In this document: in pieces, positions 63,030 through 64,000 of the stretch | How positions within the stretch are numbered: position 1 is the first letter of the stretch | Layout of the letters: every line of letters starts with the position of its first letter | NCBI GenBank assembly: GCA_013265495.1 | Contig: MU058009.1 | Location: 3,677,780-3,741,779 of the forward strand | Source: Vicugna vicugna | Lineage: Eukaryota | Direction: 5' to 3' | Length of the DNA stretch: 64,000 nucleotides | Notes under the pieces: generated by a model | The model's input: the letters and a program-made list of their open reading frames with translations, nothing else | What the model was told of the DNA's origin: nothing | Databases searched by the model: none | Translations under genes and position numbers: made by a program

Positions 63030-64000
63030 GTCAACGCTGACTGTCTAAGTGGACGTTCCCCAGCCCGTGTCAGGGGAGGCTTGCAGGACGGTCTTTGTGT
63101 TTTGTCGTCTCCCCTGGGCGTCCTCTGTCCCTGCCCTCCTTCTGTCCCTGCCCGGGCTGTCTCTCCGGGTCACGGTGCCGGCCTGGGTGGGCCGGGGCGA
63201 CACCTCTGCTGAATGTGCTTTTGATTTCCGGGCGGAGGGGTCCTGGCCCCGGCGCTGAGCTCCGCCCGCTGCCCTTTCCAGCGGCAGCACCCCCCGCTCT
63301 GGACGTTTCCTCTGGCTCAGCAGCGAAGCCAAATGCCAAGTGTTTTTAAGAAACAAGACTTCAGACAGACCCTTGGACGCATTTCAAATAACCGGGCACC
63401 GTCTCTGTTAAAAGCATCAAGCTGACTTACTGTGTCAGACGACCTGCCTCCCCCGAGACGGTGGCCCGCGTTTCCCACGGGGTACAGGGACGCAGGACTT
63501 GGCAGCCGTTTCCTCATCTTCTCGCTTCTTGCCTGTCCCCGGGGCTGAGCGGACCCCGGGCCCCTGAGGCCGGGAGCTTGCCCGCCCCTCCAGCAGGCTC
63601 CCAGGAGTCCCCCACTTTGCTGTTTCTCAAAACTGCCTCCCAGGGCGCCTGCTGGCGCCTGGCGTGTCCTTGCTCCTGGCCTCGCCCTGCCCTGCCACCC
63701 GGCAGAGTGGTCCGGGCACTCTGTGACGGGGAGCCGGCTCCGGAGCCCGAGGGGGCATTTGGCGTGAGGCTCTCCCTCCCGGTGGCTCACGCCCCGTGTT
63801 GCTGCCTGGGCTTCCCGGATTCCACGGTTAGAGTTAGTGTTGACGCTCTTTCACTGAGGAAGGAACCGAGGAAGAGAAAAATCGCTGTCCGCTGGTTCTT
63901 CCTTCCATCCTGGTACAGGCAGTGCCTCGGCCGCACCCTCCCCGCAAAGCTCAGTCCTCCTACGGCCTCCCTTCGAGAACACCCTCCACACACACTCACA
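63030..64000. promoter_or_regulatory. CpG/GC-rich segment, possible CpG island edge
   Basis: Visibly elevated CpG density in non-repeat sequence running to the window end. The observed/expected ratio was not computed. Confidence 0.35.

Noticed and set aside
1..64000. Host gene/locus identity and a novel coding system
   Set aside because: No exon or RNA gene was recognised, so the locus cannot be named without a genome search. Nothing indicates an operon-like or novel protein-coding system.

Overview
This is GC-rich, non-coding mammalian DNA (intronic or intergenic), most likely camelid (alpaca/camel). That assignment rests on my recall of the young L1 3' ends, a MER41-type artiodactyl LTR and an L1_Art-like insert, and on the absence of recognisable Alu, B1, Bov or PRE SINEs. 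I found no credible protein-coding exon, RNA gene or CRISPR array. The only ORFs resembling real proteins are dead L1 ORF2p C-terminal fragments. The main structure is a near-perfect head-to-tail 5,378-bp tandem duplication (13135-18512 / 18513-23890). Its breakpoints fall in a (GAT)n tract and a T10 tract. The six substitutions I could find between the copies all lie in the first ~2.1 kb, and the unit carries enhancer-like blocks. The rest is a mix of MIR, L2, MER5, MLT and L1 remnants. It includes several insertions with recognisable TSDs, an LTR nested inside another LTR, a probable locally templated insertion, a variant-unit minisatellite, GC-shifted ancient repeats and AT-rich homeodomain-motif islands suggestive of a developmental-gene regulatory landscape. 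I see no evidence of a novel coding system. Repeat family names come from my recall of consensus sequences and need RepeatMasker/Dfam confirmation.
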